IMG/VR virus record: IMGVR_UViG_3300028603_000001 | Location: 64,001 to 128,000 of that record | Length of the DNA: 64,000 nucleotides | DNA from: a virus | Lineage: Duplodnaviria > Caudoviricetes | Reading direction: 5' to 3' (one strand) | Shown here: positions 1 through 10,581 of the stretch, piece by piece | How positions within the stretch are numbered: position 1 is the first letter of the stretch | How the letters are laid out: each line of letters starts with the position of its first letter | Program-made: the position numbers and the translations under genes | The notes under the pieces: generated by a model | Told to the model about the DNA's origin: nothing | The model's database searches: none | The model's input: the letters and a program-made list of their open reading frames with translations, nothing else

Positions 1-137
1 ACATTTTCATCAACAAACGAATCAACAAATTCATACCCCATGTTTATTAGCTTTGAAATTGTTTTTTCTCTTTCATTTTTTATTTCAGTTTCAGTTTTAT
101 TGGCCATTGGCTGACTTATCATGACTTTTTTAACCAT
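1..137 (-). CDS. DUF4406-like (nucleoside deoxyribosyltransferase-fold) protein, runs off the window
   Basis: Not in ORF track. Manual translation from ATG at 137 (TAATG overlap with the upstream stop): MVKKVMISQPMANKTETEIKNEREKTISKL...EFVDSF, resembling the K-x-x-I-S-Q-P-M start of this family. Confidence 0.5.
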   Translation of the reverse strand, partial: MVKKVMISQPMANKTETEIKNEREKTISKLINMGYEFVDSFVDEN

Positions 138-322
138 TATTTATTTTCCTTTTCTTTCTCATTCTTATAATATAAAAATATTATCTTTCGCAATAAATCT
201 GATATAGACATAAATGCATCATCAGCTTCCATTTTCAGTTGATCATACATCATGTGTGAAACTTGCGTACCAACAACTTTCTTAGGTTTTCCTTTTTCTT
301 TTTCTTGAATTTTAATTTCCAT
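137..322 (-). CDS. Small ribbon-helix-helix/CopG-like DNA-binding protein
   Basis: 61 aa, VGTQVSHMMYDQLKMEA...SISDLLRKII pattern; SD GAAAGGA upstream. Confidence 0.45.
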   Translation of the reverse strand: MEIKIQEKEKGKPKKVVGTQVSHMMYDQLKMEADDAFMSISDLLRKIIFLYYKNEKEKENK

Positions 323-362
323 ATTAGTATCCTTTCATGCTATAATAGATTATGTTTTCATT

Positions 363-371
363 TAATTTAGC
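363..371 (-). promoter_or_regulatory. GCTAAATTA putative late promoter
   Basis: Recurrent intergenic motif upstream of virion genes (see findings). Confidence 0.55.
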
Positions 372-421
372 AATTTTTTATTATGGTTTGTTTTTAAAGT
401 CTTTAAAGATTTTTTACATAA

Positions 422-449
422 AAAAAATTTAGATTGCTCTAAATTTTTT
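422..449 (-). terminator. Intrinsic terminator after tail tube gene
   Basis: AAAAATTTAGA-TTGC-TCTAAATTTTT hairpin flanked by A/T runs. Confidence 0.5.
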
Positions 450-456
450 ATTTCAA

Positions 457-1041
457 TTATTCTTGTGTTCTTACAACTGTTTCTTCAGGAATAGCTCTAT
501 CATAAATGATTGTCACATCAACAGTTCTCTTATCATTTGAATCATGTGTGAAAGATCCTTCTGATAATGCTCTAACCCAACAATTTTTCAATGTCCAGGT
601 TCTAATAATTCTAGAATAATCTGGAGTATATTCTACTAACTGGCAATCAAATTTATAATTTACAGCTAAGTTAACAACATCTTTTGCAACATCATATGCT
701 AATGCTTGCCAAGCTAATAAAATAGCTTTTGTTTTAGCTCCAACATAATCATTACATTTGATTGAGTATTCATTGAAAGTTGGTGTTCCAGCAAATTTCA
801 TTGTTGAATTACCTCTTTTGATTTCAATAACACCTAAATCAAAATGTGGCACACTTGCTTCAGAAACAGATAATTTGATAACATCTTGGATTCCGGTTAA
901 CATTGTTGTATCATCTGGTAAAGTGACCCCTGCTTGAACTAATGTGTTTATTCTGCTATTAACCACAAACTCGAACGCATTATTTCTTGATGGTTCGTAT
1001 AATGCTGGATTATCACTTAAATGGTATGTTCCATAATTCAT
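457..1041 (-). CDS. Tail tube protein (T4 gp19-like)
   Basis: RGNSTMKFAG, W-x-L-x-x-C-W and terminal I-x-Y-D motifs; directly downstream of sheath. Confidence 0.85.
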   Translation of the reverse strand: MNYGTYHLSDNPALYEPSRNNAFEFVVNSRINTLVQAGVTLPDDTTMLTGIQDVIKLSVSEASVPHFDLGVIEIKRGNSTMKFAGTPTFNEYSIKCNDYVGAKTKAILLAWQALAYDVAKDVVNLAVNYKFDCQLVEYTPDYSRIIRTWTLKNCWVRALSEGSFTHDSNDKRTVDVTIIYDRAIPEETVVRTQE

Positions 1042-1063
1042 ATATTAATCTCCTCCTCTTTCT

Positions 1064-2254
1064 CTACTCGCTAACAACTGTATTTGCATCAGTCATTATT
1101 ACAGCAAGTTCAATATCTTCAACAGCTTCAATCGGTTGGATAATTATTTCAGCTTGCATTTTAGCTCTAGCGGTAGTCTTAAGTTTATTTATTGAATAAC
1201 CTAATGCACCATTTCCGTGCGTAATTCTATCAAGTGTTGGTTCTATATATGATTTGTAATTAACCCATAATATATCTGAATTTTGTTCAAATGTGAACCT
1301 ATTAGCAGCTTCAAAAGCAACCTTCTTAACTAATGATACCATATTTCTTACATTTATGAATGATGTGGCTGTTAATTCACCCTCATTCTTTTTTAATGTT
1401 CTATTTCCATAAATTACAAAACCTGCTGGTCTAATGTATGCTATTGCATTAACACCTCTTCCAACATTATCACTTGAATCATCTGCTCTGTTTTGTAATG
1501 CATTAACCTCTGCTGTTGAAAATTTATGTTTTACCCTAGTTAATTCTGGAATAACGCCTCTTTCAAATCCGGCAACTGCAAACCATTCTGGATTGTTTCT
1601 AATTGATCTAGCATAAGCAAATAGATAACCAAAAGGAGCAGGAAGTAAGACTTCAGTTTCTGGATCACTTGTGAAATCTGAATCTGCTGTATAGAAGAAT
1701 GGTGTGAAAGCAGCAGCGTAACCTCCTATATCAATATTGTCTTTAGTTAGATCTGAATCTTGCAATAAAGCTAAAATATTTGTTACCTCATAACTAAAAA
1801 CAACTTCTCCGTCTGTGTAAGTTTCATTAAAACCAACAAGAGCTGTGCAATCACCTCGATTTTTAGCACATTCAACCATCTTTTCGTCTATATCGTCTGC
1901 TGAAGATCCCTCAAAAGCACCAGTAGTTAAAAATCTAATGTCATAATTATTCTTATCTTCTAAAGCTTCCCAATCATTTGCAGTCAAAGCATCTGTAAAA
2001 CCCTGAACTAAAACTGGAAGACCTAATCTAATTAAATGCTTAGCTAACTTATAGCCTAAGTTAAGCTCATATTCTAGAACAGCTGCATCTTCTAATAACT
2101 TATCCTCAAAATTATCTTCTAATTCTTTTAATGTTTTACATAATATAGGTTCCGTCTTTTCTTTTGTTTCTATAGGAACAAAAACCGTATTAGAAGCAAT
2201 AATTTCACCTACACTGCCAGTTCTATCAATTTCTGTTATTAAATTTCTTGGCAT
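1064..2254 (-). CDS. Contractile tail sheath protein
   Basis: WFAVAGFERG, GVNAI...GFVIYGNRTL, FINVR, FTFEQN, IQPIEAVEDI sheath C-terminal motifs. Confidence 0.9.
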   Translation of the reverse strand: MPRNLITEIDRTGSVGEIIASNTVFVPIETKEKTEPILCKTLKELEDNFEDKLLEDAAVLEYELNLGYKLAKHLIRLGLPVLVQGFTDALTANDWEALEDKNNYDIRFLTTGAFEGSSADDIDEKMVECAKNRGDCTALVGFNETYTDGEVVFSYEVTNILALLQDSDLTKDNIDIGGYAAAFTPFFYTADSDFTSDPETEVLLPAPFGYLFAYARSIRNNPEWFAVAGFERGVIPELTRVKHKFSTAEVNALQNRADDSSDNVGRGVNAIAYIRPAGFVIYGNRTLKKNEGELTATSFINVRNMVSLVKKVAFEAANRFTFEQNSDILWVNYKSYIEPTLDRITHGNGALGYSINKLKTTARAKMQAEIIIQPIEAVEDIELAVIMTDANTVVSE

Positions 2255-2299
2255 ATTTATATTTTCTCCTTTTTATATATTATAATAAATATTTTCATT

Positions 2300-2308
2300 T
2301 AATTTAGC
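2300..2308 (-). promoter_or_regulatory. GCTAAATTA putative late promoter of sheath-tube operon
   Basis: Motif about 45 nt upstream of sheath ATG. Confidence 0.6.
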
Positions 2309-2358
2309 TCGATTTTTCTCTTAAAGCTACATAATCTAATCATTTTATTCAACCTCTG

Positions 2359-3000
2359 TTATCTTACCAAAATATTGGTTGATTCAAGACTAACAAATTC
2401 TTTAGTTGGTATACTAAATAAATAAGCATCTGTAATAAACACTTTCAAAGTAAATCTAACAAATTGATCTGCAAATAAATGTTCTCTTATATCACTATTA
2501 TCTGTTATACTGCTTTCTAATGATATATTTGATTCGTGTCGGACTCTTAAATCATTATAAGGTAATTCAACAATAAGTTTAGGATAGTTAATAAGATTAA
2601 ATACAAAATTTCTTATATATTCATCTGCTTCTGCCATTCCTTTTGTATATATATCTATTTGATAACCTATTTGAATTGGAATAACATTAATAGGAATAGA
2701 CATATCAGGATTTTTAGTGCTATCTAGTTGATCAAAGTTTGCATCAAGTCTGTTTAAATCAAGCTTATTTGGAAAAAATCCATCAAATGTTTTTGGCTGT
2801 TTCTGTGGCGCTAATATTTCAACGTCTCTATTTCTAGCTATAGAGATTAATGGTAGGGTAAGCACCTTATCTTTTTTGAGGTCTGCTGTTAATTCAAAAA
2901 GACGTGTCGCTTCATCTGGTTTTAGTATTTTTAAATTGGGGTCTTTTACCCAGTTAGCTATTTTATTACTTATAGCTTCATCATAAAATCTTATTCCCAT
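2359..3000 (-). CDS. Tail completion/terminator protein (T4 gp15-like)
   Basis: LPLISIAR, P-I-Q-I-G-Y-Q-I-D-I-Y-T motif; position upstream of sheath. Confidence 0.6.
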   Translation of the reverse strand: MGIRFYDEAISNKIANWVKDPNLKILKPDEATRLFELTADLKKDKVLTLPLISIARNRDVEILAPQKQPKTFDGFFPNKLDLNRLDANFDQLDSTKNPDMSIPINVIPIQIGYQIDIYTKGMAEADEYIRNFVFNLINYPKLIVELPYNDLRVRHESNISLESSITDNSDIREHLFADQFVRFTLKVFITDAYLFSIPTKEFVSLESTNILVR

Positions 3001-3395
3001 TTTTGCTCTCCTCTCATCAAGTAATACATATAAATAATTCTTATATTTGTACTTATATAAGAGATTATATTATCAAATAAATTACATCCTCTAAAGCTTA
3101 AATCACCATCATTAATATAATTAATTATTTGCTCTAACATTACGCCTTCTTTTAATGCGATTTGATTAAAACTAACAATATATTGACCATTAACCTCAGA
3201 CACATTTATATTTTTTGGATGCAATGCTTTTTTAAAAGTGTTTTTATCAATCTTATACTTTTCATTTACTTTATTTAGAATTGAATTGTACTCTTTTTTT
3301 CTTAATTCATCTGAAATTAACCTAACATATATTTTTGGAATATATTTCTTACCAAAATTTTTTCCTAATGTTTTATTGAAAGATAATGTTTTCAT
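2991..3395 (-). CDS. Hypothetical protein
   Basis: 134 aa ORF overlapping both neighbours. Confidence 0.6.
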   Translation of the reverse strand: MKTLSFNKTLGKNFGKKYIPKIYVRLISDELRKKEYNSILNKVNEKYKIDKNTFKKALHPKNINVSEVNGQYIVSFNQIALKEGVMLEQIINYINDGDLSFRGCNLFDNIISYISTNIRIIYMYYLMRGEQKWE

Positions 3396-5119
3396 TTTTC
3401 TGCTAATAATTGTTTCATTAATTTTTTGATTTTTATATTTTTAGGATCATCTAATTCTCGCTTTAGCTTCTCTATTTCTCTAGCTGCATTACTACCTTTG
3501 ATCTCTGTAAACATTCCTTTGAGCTTTTCTAAAGCAGCATCATCTATACCAATTAATTGATCACTTTCTTCTGCATCATCATCTAACTCATTATAATTAG
3601 CATTAGATCTTCCTTTTATAGCTGAAAATATTTTATTTATTTCATCAACTGGTCTTAATTTATTGTTGTTGAATATCATAAAATCAGCTAATCCACCAGC
3701 ATCTTTAATATCTCCTTTTGCTGGAATATCTATATTTTTCTGGTTAATATTAGTTAATGCAGTATCTAACATTTCTTTTTTTATAGAGGAATTTTTTATC
3801 GCGTTATATTTATTATAAATATCAGAACTTGTTACTGTATCTAAATCACTTCTCATAAATACCGCGTTATAAATCAATGAAGAATCATCAATAGAGTTTA
3901 AATTTTTTATTATTTTCTTTTTAGCTAGCAAATAAATTAAATTTTTTAACTCTTCACCAATATTTGATCCAGAAGCATCTTTATTTTTAAGATAATATTT
4001 AACAAAAATATTGAATAATGGAGCTTTCTTTACGTCGAAACTCTTAACAGCATCTATACTTTTGAATAATTCAGCAGCTTCTTCTTCAGATAATTTTAAT
4101 TTAGGATTTGTTTGTCTATAAAAATAAAGCGCTACTAAACTTGCACCTTTTTTAGCATCACCCTTTATCTGCTCTAAAGCTTTATCAAAAGTGTCTGTTA
4201 CCGGGTCGCCTAAAGCTTCATTTAAATTTTCACCGATAATATTAAGGATTTCATCACCTAAATTATCTTTTAGCTTTGTTTCAAAATCAGATCCTTTTTT
4301 TATTTGATCATCTGATGAGCCTGTTGTTTTTAATATTTTCTCATCATCTAATTTAATATCGATATTTAGTTTTTTATTTAAGAATTTGATAAAAGTATTT
4401 AAACTACAATTTATTTTGGTTATACCAAAATTAGTTACATAATTAACCACTTTGATGCGATATTGCCTATTAGCTATTTTTACTGCTTCATCTAATTCAT
4501 AACCTGCACCTAAAATAAATTTTCCATTAACCTCAAATTCAAGTAAATTATCTAAAGCTTTAGAAGACACCTTTAAATTAGTTGCTCCAATTGCTTCTAA
4601 ACTATCTTTTAATTTATCTCCACATGGTTTGATTAAATTTTTAATATCAGATATTTTTGAACTAGCTTTAATATCTCTCTTATCCTTAATGCCTTTGATA
4701 ATATTTTTTATGCTATTGAATATATTGGGTGCAAATTCATTTAATACGTTTTCTTTTAATTGGTTGATTTCGTCTTTATCAGCACCTGGAATATTTTTTA
4801 CAGCAGCAGGACAAATAGCAGTTTCCCAACTTTCCATAAATTGGTCTGCAGAAATAATAAGATCTTCATTTCCCAAAGACTCTCCAGATGCATCAAAAAT
4901 ATTTATTTTAAAATTATCTTCTTGCTTTTCTACACGTATTTTAACTAAATATCCAAACTTTGGTTTAATATAAAATCCTTTATCTTTTTCATCGTGAAAT
5001 ATATAATTTTTGCTCTCAACTATTGATTTTATTTCTTTATGTGCTGCATCTAATGTTTGTAAAAATAAACCCCTTGCAGCATCAGCCTCGTATAGATTTT
5101 GTACAAACTTTAATTTCAT
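3392..5119 (-). CDS. Hypothetical late protein, possibly an internal head protein
   Basis: 575 aa, SD GGAG, late-type motif upstream, several L-x-E-A sites. Confidence 0.5.
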   Translation of the reverse strand: MKLKFVQNLYEADAARGLFLQTLDAAHKEIKSIVESKNYIFHDEKDKGFYIKPKFGYLVKIRVEKQEDNFKINIFDASGESLGNEDLIISADQFMESWETAICPAAVKNIPGADKDEINQLKENVLNEFAPNIFNSIKNIIKGIKDKRDIKASSKISDIKNLIKPCGDKLKDSLEAIGATNLKVSSKALDNLLEFEVNGKFILGAGYELDEAVKIANRQYRIKVVNYVTNFGITKINCSLNTFIKFLNKKLNIDIKLDDEKILKTTGSSDDQIKKGSDFETKLKDNLGDEILNIIGENLNEALGDPVTDTFDKALEQIKGDAKKGASLVALYFYRQTNPKLKLSEEEAAELFKSIDAVKSFDVKKAPLFNIFVKYYLKNKDASGSNIGEELKNLIYLLAKKKIIKNLNSIDDSSLIYNAVFMRSDLDTVTSSDIYNKYNAIKNSSIKKEMLDTALTNINQKNIDIPAKGDIKDAGGLADFMIFNNNKLRPVDEINKIFSAIKGRSNANYNELDDDAEESDQLIGIDDAALEKLKGMFTEIKGSNAAREIEKLKRELDDPKNIKIKKLMKQLLAEK

Positions 5120-5161
5120 CTAATATCTCCTTCTATTATCAATTGTTATTATCTAATCATA

Positions 5162-5190
5162 TAATTTAGCAAATACTTTAATTGTATATA
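5162..5190. promoter_or_regulatory. Divergent promoter pair: GCTAAATTA (minus, 5162-5170) and ATTGTATA (plus, 5181-5188)
   Basis: Both recurrent motifs sit back to back at the strand switch between structural and replication blocks. Confidence 0.6.
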
Positions 5191-5234
5191 AATATATATA
5201 TATTAAAATATTGGTAAAGGAAATTATAGGTAAG

Positions 5235-6269
5235 ATGGAAGAAAACAAAAAAGAGAAATTTTCGTACTCAAAATTAGATACATATAACTCATGTGGGTGG
5301 AAATATAAATTAAAATATATCGATAAAAATTTTGTTGATTCAGATCTAATAGCCGCTGATTTTGGTACTTTAGTTCATTATATTGAAGAGACTATAGCAA
5401 ATGATATAATCGCAAATAATCATGAACCACATTTTATGCTCGATGATCAAAAATATATTGATTTATTTATTAATGTTGATATCGCTAACGAAAAAGAAAC
5501 AATCTTAGGAATAAAAAAAATAAAAGAAAAATACCCAAAAGATTTCTATGTAGAAGACAAAAGCGGAATGGATTATGCTGAAAAAGCTAACCATTATTTA
5601 AACTTTGGTATATATCGTTTAAGAGATTATTTAGCTGAAAATAGACATATGCAAATTATTGCTATTGAACAGCCTTTTGAAATAGAATATAATGGGTTTT
5701 TATTTCATGGGTTTATTGATAGAGTATTTAGAAATACATTGACCGGAGAAATAATTGTTGAAGATATTAAAACATGGTGGACAATTGATAAACATGAGCT
5801 AACAACACCATTGCAATTTGTTTTATACACAAAGGCAGCTCAAGAAATATATAAAACAGAAAATATTAGATGTTTCTATGACTTACCTTTAGCAAAAAAC
5901 AGATACCAAGCTGGAACTAAAGGTTTTATAAAAAGAGGTTTTAAAAAAATTGATGCGTTATTAGAATCAATTGGCGCTGATATTTTCATCCCAAAACCAA
6001 GTCCATTATGTGCATGGTGTCCATACTCACCAACAAATCCAAATCATATTGAAAAAGAAGAAGCTTTATGTCCATATCATTCTAATTATACTAAAAAACG
6101 AAGAGATTTTTCAGTTAATTATATTTGGGCAGATATTGAAAACCATGCAGTAATTCAAGAAGATTTTTTGAATAAGCGCAGAGCAATACTTCAACCGATT
6201 ATGGTTGAAAATACCAATTTAAGAGATGAGAACAGTAGTAGACGTATATTTTTAGGTCGAAGAGAATAA
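5235..6269 (+). CDS. PD-(D/E)XK exonuclease, Cas4/AddB-like with Fe-S cysteines
   Basis: SYSKLDTYNSC, GFIDRV, EDIKT, Q-x-x-x-Y, CAWCPY...C; ATG at 5235 preferred over TTG 5211. Confidence 0.85.
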   Translation: MEENKKEKFSYSKLDTYNSCGWKYKLKYIDKNFVDSDLIAADFGTLVHYIEETIANDIIANNHEPHFMLDDQKYIDLFINVDIANEKETILGIKKIKEKYPKDFYVEDKSGMDYAEKANHYLNFGIYRLRDYLAENRHMQIIAIEQPFEIEYNGFLFHGFIDRVFRNTLTGEIIVEDIKTWWTIDKHELTTPLQFVLYTKAAQEIYKTENIRCFYDLPLAKNRYQAGTKGFIKRGFKKIDALLESIGADIFIPKPSPLCAWCPYSPTNPNHIEKEEALCPYHSNYTKKRRDFSVNYIWADIENHAVIQEDFLNKRRAILQPIMVENTNLRDENSSRRIFLGRRE

Positions 6270-6300
6270 AAAGGATAGATAAAATCTAACCTTTTTTTTA
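6269..6300 (+). terminator. Intrinsic terminator followed by ATTGTATA promoter motif
   Basis: AAGG-A-TAGAT-AAA-ATCTA-A-CCTT then T run. Confidence 0.55.
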
Positions 6301-6368
6301 TTGTATATTATTATATATAATTAAAGTACAGCAAATTATAAATTTAGGTAAGGAGATAAAAAAAAATT

Positions 6369-7412
6369 ATGAAATATTTAATTTATGGAGACGTGCATTT
6401 TTGTGAATATTCATCTATAATTAGAAGTGAAGGAAAAAAATATTCCACCAGATTAGAAAATTTGATTAAATCAGTAAGTTGGGCAGAAAATTTAGCTCTT
6501 GAATATGATTGTGATGAAATAATCTGCTTAGGTGATTTTTTTAATGCTCCTGATTTAAACAGTCGAGAAATAACCGCTTTGCAAGAAATAGTTTGGGCAC
6601 CTATCCCGCATACATTCCTAGTAGGCAACCACGACGCCTCAAATAAATCATTAAAATATAATAGCATAATGGCACTTAAAAATAATGGTTTTAAAATTAT
6701 ATCCGAACCAGCGCTAACGACCATATCAGATATAAACGGGTTAAAACAATTGCTATTTTTACCATATATAACAGAAAATACAGATATTAGCTTGAAAGAT
6801 TATCCAGTGAATAATAAGTATCCATGTATTGTTTTATCTCATAATGATATAAAAGGAATTCAATATGGAATTGTAGAATCTAAACATGGATTTGATGTAA
6901 ACGAGATTGATGAATCAGGCTATTTATTTTTAAACGGACACATTCATAATAGTTCACAGTTTGGTAAAAAGGCTTTTAATTTAGGAGTTTTAACAGGTCA
7001 GAATTTTAAAGAAGATGCTTTTAGATATACACACCAACTTGCTATTTTAGATACAGTTGATAATACATTAGATTTCATTGAAAATCCTTACGCATTTAAC
7101 TTTTACAATATAGCTGTTAACACGGTATCAGATTTAATTCAACTAAGAGAGATCAAAGATAACGCAGTTTTATCAATAAAATGCAATGAGGACTTAAAAG
7201 ATATGCTAATGAAATATTTGTCAGAAACAGATAGCAAAATCGTAGCAAAAAGAGTTATGATTACGAGAAATATAAAAGGCGTATCAAACAACAACCTAGA
7301 AGATCTACAAAATTACGCCACAAATTATTTGGTGGAGTTTAGCTTGTTCTGCAAAAACATTATTGGTACTAGTGAAATATTAGATTATGAATTATCGGAG
7401 GTGTGTAAATAA
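6369..7412 (+). CDS. sbcD: SbcD/Mre11/gp47-like nuclease
   Basis: GDVH, LGDFF, GNHD, SH, GHIH metallophosphoesterase motifs; coupled to SbcC-like gene. Confidence 0.85.
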   Translation: MKYLIYGDVHFCEYSSIIRSEGKKYSTRLENLIKSVSWAENLALEYDCDEIICLGDFFNAPDLNSREITALQEIVWAPIPHTFLVGNHDASNKSLKYNSIMALKNNGFKIISEPALTTISDINGLKQLLFLPYITENTDISLKDYPVNNKYPCIVLSHNDIKGIQYGIVESKHGFDVNEIDESGYLFLNGHIHNSSQFGKKAFNLGVLTGQNFKEDAFRYTHQLAILDTVDNTLDFIENPYAFNFYNIAVNTVSDLIQLREIKDNAVLSIKCNEDLKDMLMKYLSETDSKIVAKRVMITRNIKGVSNNNLEDLQNYATNYLVEFSLFCKNIIGTSEILDYELSEVCK

Positions 7413-9286
7413 TGTTTATAAAATTTCAAAAAGTCGTTATGCATAATTTTCTTTCTTATGGACATTCAGAGATTGATTTAACCGATAAACGTTATTGTTT
7501 AGTTAGCGGAATAAATAATGATAAAAAAGATAATGCATCTTCTAATGGAGCAGGGAAATCAAGCTGGGGATCTGCAATTTGCTGGGCACTAACAGGTGAA
7601 ACAATTCAGGGAATAAGCTCTGGAATAAAAAATATTCATGTACAAGAAGATTTATGTTATGTTGAGCTCCATTTCTCTGTGGATAATAATGAGTATAAGA
7701 TAACAAGGTATAAAAATCCAAAATCAAACTTAAAAATTATTGTCAATGATCAAGATGTTTCTGGAAAAGGTATAAGAGAATCTGAAGAAATACTTAATAA
7801 CTATATACCTGATTTAACTAGTCAATTACTAGGTTCGATAATTATTTTAGGTCAAGGGCTTCCTCATAAATTTTCAAATAATACACCTAGTGGTAGAAAA
7901 GGTGTTTTAGAGAAATTATCTAAATCTGACTTCATGATTGAGGATTTAAAAGAGAGGATAAGTGAAAGATCTACCATATTGAATAAAAATCTAAGAGATG
8001 TTGAAGATAAAATACTAACAACACAATCAAATAAAACTCTCTTAGAAAAGCAAATCATAGAGCAAGAAGATATAATAAAAAAATTAAGTGAGCCTCGAGA
8101 CTTTGATTTAGAAATTTTAAATGTATCGAATAAAATAGAAGATATAATGAACAAACAAAAAAATTTTAAAACTAAATTAGCTGAATTTGAAGCAGATAAT
8201 AACACAAAAAATAATTTATTAGCTGAAAAAAATAAAGAGCGTTTACATGCATTATCTTTAGAAAATGCGGAATTTGATAGATTAAAATCAACATATTTTG
8301 AAAAAAGATCTAATCTAATGTCATCTATCTCATCTTTAACCTTGAAAATATCTGATTTAAAATCAATAAAAGATACCTGCCCAACATGTGGTCAAAACAT
8401 TCCAAATGTTGTTAAACCAACAACTGATAAAGAAGAGCAAGAATTAAAGGAAATTACAGGTGAATTAGAAAAACTCAATAACACATATACTTCTTTTGAA
8501 AAAACACATCAAGCTGAACTACAACGTCTAGATCAGCTGTTTAATGTAGAAACTGCAGAAATTTTATCTGATTTAAAAAATATAAAACAACAGATGGATT
8601 TAATAAAAGCTCAAGATGATCAATATTATAAGCAATTAGTTAATTTTAACACAGAAGTTAATAAAATTAAATTAGAAAAAGAACAATTTATAAACAACAT
8701 GAAAAACGCAGAAAAAATATTGTATAATTTAAAATCCACAGTTGAAAAATTAGAGTCAGAAATATTGTATAATAATAGTGAAAAAGAAACCCTTTCTAAA
8801 CATATCTCAGTTGTAAATCAAATGTCAACTCTAATAAAGAGAGACTTTAGAGGTTATCTTTTAAGCAATGTAATTTCATATATTGAATCAAAAGTAAAAG
8901 AATATTCTCTCGAAATCTTCGGCACAGATTCCTTAACAGTAACGTTAGAAGGAAATAATATAAATATAAGCTACTGCAATAAGCCATTTGAGAATTTAAG
9001 CGGTGGAGAGCGTCAGCGTGTTGATTTAATTCTTCAGTTCGCAATTAGAGATATGATGAGACAATATTTAAATTTCTCTTCAAATATTCTTTTATTAGAT
9101 GAGATTTTTGATTCATTAGATGTAATAGCTGTTGACGCTGTATTAAGATGTATTTGTAATAAATTAGCAGATGTTGAAAGTTTATTTATTATTTCACATC
9201 ACGCTAGAGAATTAGAAATACCATATGATTCAGAGTTGATTATTACAAAAGATGAAAATGGCATAAGCAATATTAATTGGAGATGA
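7412..9286 (+). CDS. sbcC: SbcC/Rad50/gp46-like ATPase
   Basis: NGAGKSS Walker A, coiled coil with CPTCGQ zinc hook, LSGGE signature, LLLDE, ISH. Confidence 0.92.
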   Translation: MFIKFQKVVMHNFLSYGHSEIDLTDKRYCLVSGINNDKKDNASSNGAGKSSWGSAICWALTGETIQGISSGIKNIHVQEDLCYVELHFSVDNNEYKITRYKNPKSNLKIIVNDQDVSGKGIRESEEILNNYIPDLTSQLLGSIIILGQGLPHKFSNNTPSGRKGVLEKLSKSDFMIEDLKERISERSTILNKNLRDVEDKILTTQSNKTLLEKQIIEQEDIIKKLSEPRDFDLEILNVSNKIEDIMNKQKNFKTKLAEFEADNNTKNNLLAEKNKERLHALSLENAEFDRLKSTYFEKRSNLMSSISSLTLKISDLKSIKDTCPTCGQNIPNVVKPTTDKEEQELKEITGELEKLNNTYTSFEKTHQAELQRLDQLFNVETAEILSDLKNIKQQMDLIKAQDDQYYKQLVNFNTEVNKIKLEKEQFINNMKNAEKILYNLKSTVEKLESEILYNNSEKETLSKHISVVNQMSTLIKRDFRGYLLSNVISYIESKVKEYSLEIFGTDSLTVTLEGNNINISYCNKPFENLSGGERQRVDLILQFAIRDMMRQYLNFSSNILLLDEIFDSLDVIAVDAVLRCICNKLADVESLFIISHHARELEIPYDSELIITKDENGISNINWR

Positions 9287-9301
9287 TAAGGAGAAGAACA
9301 T

Positions 9302-10189
9302 ATGGGGGTAATGTATAATAAGCCCGCACACTTAAAATATACTGACTTAGCTATATATATTGACGCAAACTCAAGAAAAATTCTCAATGAAGGTGAATAT
9401 CCTGAGGTGGAAGTAACTATTTATGAGTACTTATACCACATTTTATATGCTTTAGCATTTAAATCTGCGTATTTCAGACATTTTCATGATTATGATTCAT
9501 TTGCCTGTTATGCTGCTGGTGAGATATATATGGCAATGCGAAATAAGCTAATAAATGAAGGGAAAGAGGTTAGGGGTAAGAAAATTGTTCCTATTAAATC
9601 ATCATTAAACTTTATAAAAGCAACAATATTTCCACTAAAAATAAATTACCAAAATGAAAATTTCTCAACTGTTGTTGACCCTGCGCTGCACCCAAATACT
9701 CCAGCATTACAGGTAGATTTTACAGAATCTGTCCAGCAACAGTATCGACCACCGCTTTTAGAAGCGTATAAAGAAACAGCTAACTTGATACCTGATATTG
9801 TTAAAAAAGTTATTAATAATACACCATTTAGAAATGATAAGTTATTTTGTAAAAAGCTTTATATATCAATAACTTTAACATTATTAAATGATATAACTAT
9901 TCCTAGAAAACTGCACAAAAGATTAATGAAAAAAGTTCAGAAATTATCAAAAATAAAAGGAACAAAACATTTAATTGACACATATGTGAACAACCTTGAA
10001 CCAGCTATTTTATGGCATATTGATGATAGTTTTCAAAATTATGTTCGATTGTTAACTACAAAGGTTAAAAAAATAATATCTAAAAAATTTAATTATGCTG
10101 TCCATAGTAATGATCTATCAGATGACTTAGTCGATTGTATAATGAGAAACGTATATGAAAATTATGAAGACAGAGGAGATTTCAATTAA
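9302..10189 (+). CDS. Hypothetical protein (helical; possible transcription factor)
   Basis: 295 aa ORF with SD AGGAG. Confidence 0.55.
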   Translation: MGVMYNKPAHLKYTDLAIYIDANSRKILNEGEYPEVEVTIYEYLYHILYALAFKSAYFRHFHDYDSFACYAAGEIYMAMRNKLINEGKEVRGKKIVPIKSSLNFIKATIFPLKINYQNENFSTVVDPALHPNTPALQVDFTESVQQQYRPPLLEAYKETANLIPDIVKKVINNTPFRNDKLFCKKLYISITLTLLNDITIPRKLHKRLMKKVQKLSKIKGTKHLIDTYVNNLEPAILWHIDDSFQNYVRLLTTKVKKIISKKFNYAVHSNDLSDDLVDCIMRNVYENYEDRGDFN

Positions 10190-10581
10190 TGGCAAGAAAA
10201 AGAATAACCAAAGTAACAGAAGCGTTAAATGCATTAAATAAAGAAGATATTTATTCCTTAATGTTATTTACTTTATATAAAATGAAAGATATTCCAGATT
10301 ATTTAACATTAACTGAATTATGTTATCTTTTAGACCAAGATAATTTAAATAGATTTTTAAATTACTATGGTGGAATGACGATAACTATCCCAAAACCACA
10401 TGAGCTTAAATTAGTTCTACAAGCATTAAGTCTATACCAATATGTTAATATGGAAGACGGAGATTTAGAAGCTGGTCTTAAATCAATTGTTGAACACTCC
10501 TATGATATAGAAGAAGTTAAACAAATATACACAAAATTAATAGAGGTTTTAGCTGATTATGAATTTTCTATACAACTCTAA
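10189..10581 (+). CDS. Mor/C-family-like transcription regulator
   Basis: FLNYYGGMTITIPK resembles the GG-x-x-(I/V)-x-IP motif of Mu Mor/C. Confidence 0.4.
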   Translation: MARKRITKVTEALNALNKEDIYSLMLFTLYKMKDIPDYLTLTELCYLLDQDNLNRFLNYYGGMTITIPKPHELKLVLQALSLYQYVNMEDGDLEAGLKSIVEHSYDIEEVKQIYTKLIEVLADYEFSIQL

